Shown here: positions 36,041 to 64,000 of the stretch, piece by piece | How positions within the stretch are numbered: the stretch's first letter is position 1 | Layout: each line of letters opens with the position of its first letter | DNA from: Stegostoma tigrinum | Lineage: Eukaryota | Direction of reading: 5' to 3' | Assembly (NCBI RefSeq): GCF_030684315.1 | Contig: NC_081374.1 | Location: forward strand, 12,264,837 to 12,328,836 | Length of the DNA: 64,000 nt | Position numbers and translations under genes: made by a program | The notes under the pieces: model-generated | Told to the model about the DNA's origin: nothing | The model's database searches: none | The model's input: only the letters and a program-made list of their open reading frames with translations

Positions 36041-39000
36041 GCACAGTCTGCTCAAAGGAAATTCTTGACCATAGGAATATGGTCTTTCCAGGTTGCCCCG
36101 CAAGGAAACATGTTCTCCATGTCTACATCATCAATACCCTTCAGCATCTCATATACCTCAATTAGATCTCCTCACATTTTTCTAAAATCCAGACAGAACA
36201 AGCCTGAACCACTTAATCCATCTCAAAAGACAAAACCTTCACCTCTGTAATTAATAAATCGCCTCTGAACTGCCTCCAATGCAACTTCATCTTTTACAGT
36301 CATATTGAAGCCACAGTACTTATTCTTTCATTAGCAAAGGCTGATATTTGGGCAGGACCAATGCATCTTAGTGTGCAGAGAGGACATTCAATGAAAATAC
36401 CCGGTTCTCAACATTTACAAACCAGTCACTTAGGGATGGTCCGCAGCCCTGGGGCTTTCCTACCTTCCTGATGCCACAGTCCTAGGTCAGAAACCTCCTC
36501 TCTTTGCCAAATTTTCAATACTGCCTCCTGCTCCTCTACAGTAGCTATTTATATCCTCTTTTGGTCTGTCTTTAGTCTGTTTGTCACTAAATTTTAGTTT
36601 TCCTTATTTCCTTTTGTCATTTATTCACTCCTGTGCTCTATTCCATCAGTGTTCTCACCTATATATCTTCCCTGCATAAATCAACTTGAAAAGTACTTTT
36701 CATCTAAAAATTTCCCGTTCTGACAATAAGTCATCCAGAAAGGGCTTAATGCAGATGTTTCCTGCATTTTCTGTTTTAATTGTGGATTAACATTTGCAGT
36801 GTTTAAAACAAGATGACAATTCTTCACCTCACAAACAAATTCTAAGTTGAGGTCTAAGTTTGTGAAAATAATTGTTAATTTTCACATTTAAGACAACACA
36901 AATTCTACAGTACTGCATAACACAGCAGCTTATTTTCGCAAGAGCAATGCTGCCAGTGTAAATGCAGCTAAACAGTTAAAGAGTAAAATTCATGCCTGTT
37001 AAAAATGGTCGTAATTGCTCTGGCATGCCTCCATTTAAAAAGCTCTCTTCCACTTCCAGATGGGCAGTGTTGGCAACTTCTGATAAAGACAAAATGTCTA
37101 ATCCACCAAACAGTTCTGTCTCCTCCTCCTAGCTTCTGGAGAAAGTATCTCAACAATTTTGGAGAGAAGAAGAGAGCATCACAGTCAAAACAAGCGCACT
37201 TATCAACTCCACTAACAAATTGTTATTTTTAAATTCACACTGAAAGCTTTCAGTGTTGTATCTTTAATCCATTAGCTTCTATCAAATGTTGAAGCTCAAT
37301 ACACACTGGACAAAGTTTAATTACCAACAAACAAGATAGCATTAAGAATTTTTTACCTGAAGTTGCCATTGAGGTAGGACTGCAATGAGTTTTTAAATTG
37401 TCCAGTAACACAGCATGTATGATGGAGGGGGGAAAACAGCTACATTTATGATTAATCAGAGTTGGAGGTACAATGTCATCTCACAGCTCATTTTACTATG
37501 GTCAAGAATTCCTAATTTAAAAGCAAGACTAGTCTACTAACGTTCACCACCATGCCCTTACATCTTACTATAATTCCCAGGGCTCTGTACATCAGATTTC
37601 TCAACAACTGACCTCTCATCATTGGCGCTAAGATGATGCACTATTGGTAAGACTGATGCTTGTAGATTCCTATCTGCATGAGACAAAGCTTTCAAAATGT
37701 ATGGACTCATCAATCAAGATCAAACAATCTCTTTCTCAACAAGGACAGATGCAGGACCAGTATCACATTGTTTAAAAAGGGACCAATTCAATCCTTATTA
37801 TATATTGACAAAAACAGAAATTGCTGGAAAAGCTCAGAGGTCTGGCAGCATCTGTGCAGAGAGAGATCAGTGGAGTTAACAATCCAGGGGTCGAGTGACC
37901 CTTCCTCAGAACTCCACTTTCCTCATCTTGCAATGTGCGTCCTCGCAATTAAAGAGTAGTATCCAAAATCCCAAGAATTATTGTGGTGATGCCAAAAGAA
38001 AGTTTGTGTGGTACACAACATGAGAAGAAGTCCACAACAATAAAGCATGGTCAGAACATTTTTAGGAAAGGCTGCGTTAGACCCATCAGAAAAGGCATGT
38101 ACATTCAGCAAAGGAACCAAATTAATATACTGGATTGGTGGGGAGAAACAAAAGGCTTTTTAAAAAAACTCAGTTGTTTTTAAAATCGGGAACATGGCAA
38201 AATTTGTAGGCAATGGAGAAACAGTGGAGTGCAGAGGGCCTAATTTAATAACCCTTCCCAGAAAGTGATGATCTGAATGAGCTCTCCATATGTCGTTTGA
38301 TCACACTAGTGAGATCATGCTTTGAAATATGCATCACAAACTAGATACATCACTCCAAACTGAGACAATGGTAGTCATAACAATATTGTCAGGGAAATTT
38401 ATTCCCTTCTCCTTTCCTATATAATAATCTAACATTAACACACAAAAGAACACAAAGCAAGAAGCACATTTCACCGGAGTTCAAATGCTTTCCATTTAAG
38501 GTTCAATATCAGGAGATTCAACATTCTCAAAATCAGAATCATTCTCACCCATGTGAATCCCCATAAGACAACACAGAAGCAATTTTTGATCGAAAAATTG
38601 GTCATGTTTCTACAATATTTTTAAATTCTTTATTTTTTTTAAATATATCTTTTTCATGTAACTGGAGTGAAAGTATTTTCTGGTCCCACCATTAGGTATA
38701 TAGCCTTAGACAGGCTCATTGGCATAAAACCCACAAGTATGAAGAGAGGTCACCAGCAGAATCCAGTGCTTGTTCAGGTCCAAGAAAAGCATTTGCAAAA
38801 GAAAAAGTCTTATCACAAGAAGTACATAATTGCAGAAATGCTTTTTTGTGTGTGTTACAGCAAGTGTTTGTGCAATATGAAGCTATCAAGACTCAAGCAG
38901 AGATTCATGCTTGTCACCACAAACTCAATTTGGCACAATCTTATGATTCTGTCAAAATATACCCATCTAGAATTAGAATACTGACACCTTAAATTATGTT

Positions 39001-39806
39001 CCCTGTTAAATCAGCAGATGTAAGCTTTAATTTCTTTGCCTGATTGATAATAGTTTGTGTCCTGAAATGTAACATCTAGTGGTGTCCATATATTAAAATG
39101 CATAAGTAAGGCTAGCATTGCAATCAGAGGGGTGAACTCAAATTCTGCATGAACAAAACCATTCACATTTTTTTGGCTACACAGTGATATTTACAATGAT
39201 TTAGTACTGAATCAGGTTTGTTTACAGGTTTGTTTAAAAGTTGATACTCATCATTTATTACAGTTAGCGCTGGTTCCTGAAAAGATATGAGTATCGTACA
39301 ACAATAAGGGCAAATACCAAATTGGTTTCGATTGCCTCCATGAAAAGAGTGTTTTAAAATAAAAGTTAAAACCAGAGAATCCTTTGGAACATTTTGAACT
39401 GAGCTTAAAGCACAGATTCTAAACTAAAACAAAATAGGAAAGACAAAGCAGAACAAAAAGATTTTTTCTTAAATTATTACAGTACTACTTGTTTCCACAT
39501 CAATCATATACAGGCTCAAGTGATTTTATGGAGACTGTGCTGTCACAACATGACATGACAGTTACATCCCCCGGCAGTAAGTTAGAAAATCAAAACACTC
39601 ATTTATAATTAAAAGGAGTATAGAAAAGAAAATGCAAGCAAAAAAAAAAACCAGGCTTAAAAGAATAAGCAGCCTAGGATTGCAGAAATGCTCTTTGAAT
39701 AAGTTTGCTGAGCATTTAAACAGCTAGGCAGGCTCCTACTATACATTCTTCTATTGAGGTTTCAGACAACTTGGTCCTTCTTCAGATCGTTTTGGTTCTG
39801 CGCCAT

Positions 39807-62400
<22,594 letters not shown>

Positions 62401-64000
62401 CTAAGAAGGAAAAAAAAGGTGTCACTTATTTTTGCATTTGTAAGGAAATTTACACATTTAGGCTATGAGGAAAGGTTAAGGAAATTAGGTACAGCTTAGT
62501 TACAGGAATGGAGACAAGGTGAATGCGTGTTAAGTCCTTTAGCAAGCGACTTTAATCAAGCTTCTGTTGGCATTACAGTTATACACCCAACACTAACCGG
62601 ACAAAGACTTGGAAAACTTTAATTGTATACTTTGTAACCTGCAATTATCAGTCAACAAAAGCTTTTTCTTAAGAAGCACTTGACTAAACCTTTGATGTTA
62701 CTCGATTTTGCACAATTGTCTCTGGAGCTACTGCAGTGGATTTAATTACCTCGGTCAATGTTATCCAATAGAACAGAAAAAGGAATGAAATTTTCCATGC
62801 CTTACTTTTCCAGGGTGAAAATTAACAAGGTTCAGGGCCCTATAAAATAATTATTTGATAACGTATCCTACAAGAACACATTAAATTAATCTCAACTGCT
62901 GCAAGGTCACTCCTCGCTACACTCCTCTTTAAACAACCCTGCATTCCCAGATTTTAGAAGTCTTAAATGATAATACAACCTGAAATAAATTTCTATGCAA
63001 TGCTCAGCACATGGCATAATATTTCTATGCATCAAATGCAATGTATTACTAGATTACCTCCTCCAGGGGGCACTATTAACTAACAGCTACAGTATTTAAA
63101 ATGTACTTTGGATTTGAGTGACATTTCTGAATGGCTGTTTTCATCTTCTCAAAAAAACCTCAATGTTTCAATAATTCCAGTTCAGGGACATAAAGAAACC
63201 TGCGCTGCAATGGATATCGCAGATTTCAAAATACTGTTGTATATCTTTTTGCAGCCTATTTTAAAATCAAAAATTACTGTCTTGCAAATATTTATCTTCT
63301 GTAAAGTTCTCAGTTATATTTTTCAGGCTATTTAATCTCCTTGTTCCAATTAAGGAAAGCTTAGTCACACTTAGAAGGTCTAAAGAACCAAAATAATTGG
63401 ATGTTGGCTCTCCACTCCACAGGCTTATTCCAGCAAGACCACATTACCATTTCAGAAAAGGGAATGAGAAAAGTTTGAAGAGTTGTAACTGCTTGCATAT
63501 TTCCTCAGAGCTGGAGAACGATTGGGAGTACAGGAAGAGAACAAAGGGTATTATGATGTTTTTTTTTAAAAAAGAATTTGGTACTCATTAAGAAGATTGA
63601 AAGTTTATTAATTACTGCAACCTCGTAATTATCAAGAAAGCACGTGGAACGCCAGATTGATTTGGAAATCTTTACAGCTCAATCACCTCCAAGATAATTT
63701 TAAGCACACTGTCCTTTAGACTCTAGGACCTGAACCTGAAACTTGCCATAACTTGTGGCATGAAAATCCTACTTCAAACACATTGGAACCACATGCGCCC
63801 AGACACAGGCATGTTACATACAAATCATTTGATGCAGGTTGGCAACTTAAGTGTGAGAACACACAAGTAACTGGTGCTAAAAAAACAGAACTCCATATTG
63901 CTACAATCATTTCCAAATGGATTTAATGGAAATGATGACAAAAAGGTGAGAAGAGGTTTCCCAGTGCAGGCACCACATTTTTCTTCAGAAAGGAGAAAGG

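Noticed and set aside
29000-39800. An additional gene (for example STRIP1), or a defined AHCYL1 polyadenylation site
   Set aside because: No recognisable coding exons; several AATAAA motifs on the - strand but none can be singled out.

Overview
Vertebrate genomic DNA. The repeat landscape (CR1-type LINEs with (TATGTTC)n tails, Penelope-like elements, tRNA-derived SINEs) suggests a cartilaginous fish, probably a shark; this is an inference. Three genes can be reconstructed from splice sites and reading phase. (1) The last two exons of a + strand receptor with three cytoplasmic Tyr motifs (630-4465). (2) A complete 7-exon + strand paralogue (12302-26125, 355 aa): leader, two CD300/pIgR-type V domains, short stalk, uncharged TM and an ITIM tail. 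Its first V domain has lost both canonical Ig cysteines but keeps the family-specific second Cys pair. (3) The 3' part of AHCYL1 (IRBIT) on the - strand (39807-62400, 10 coding exons visible). One AHCYL1 exon is probably hidden in an 818-N gap and another has a 1-nt homopolymer frameshift. Introns and intergenic DNA contain many fold-back Penelope-like insertions with 13-15 bp target-site duplications and minimal hammerhead ribozyme motifs. All coordinates were counted by hand; repeat boundaries are approximate.
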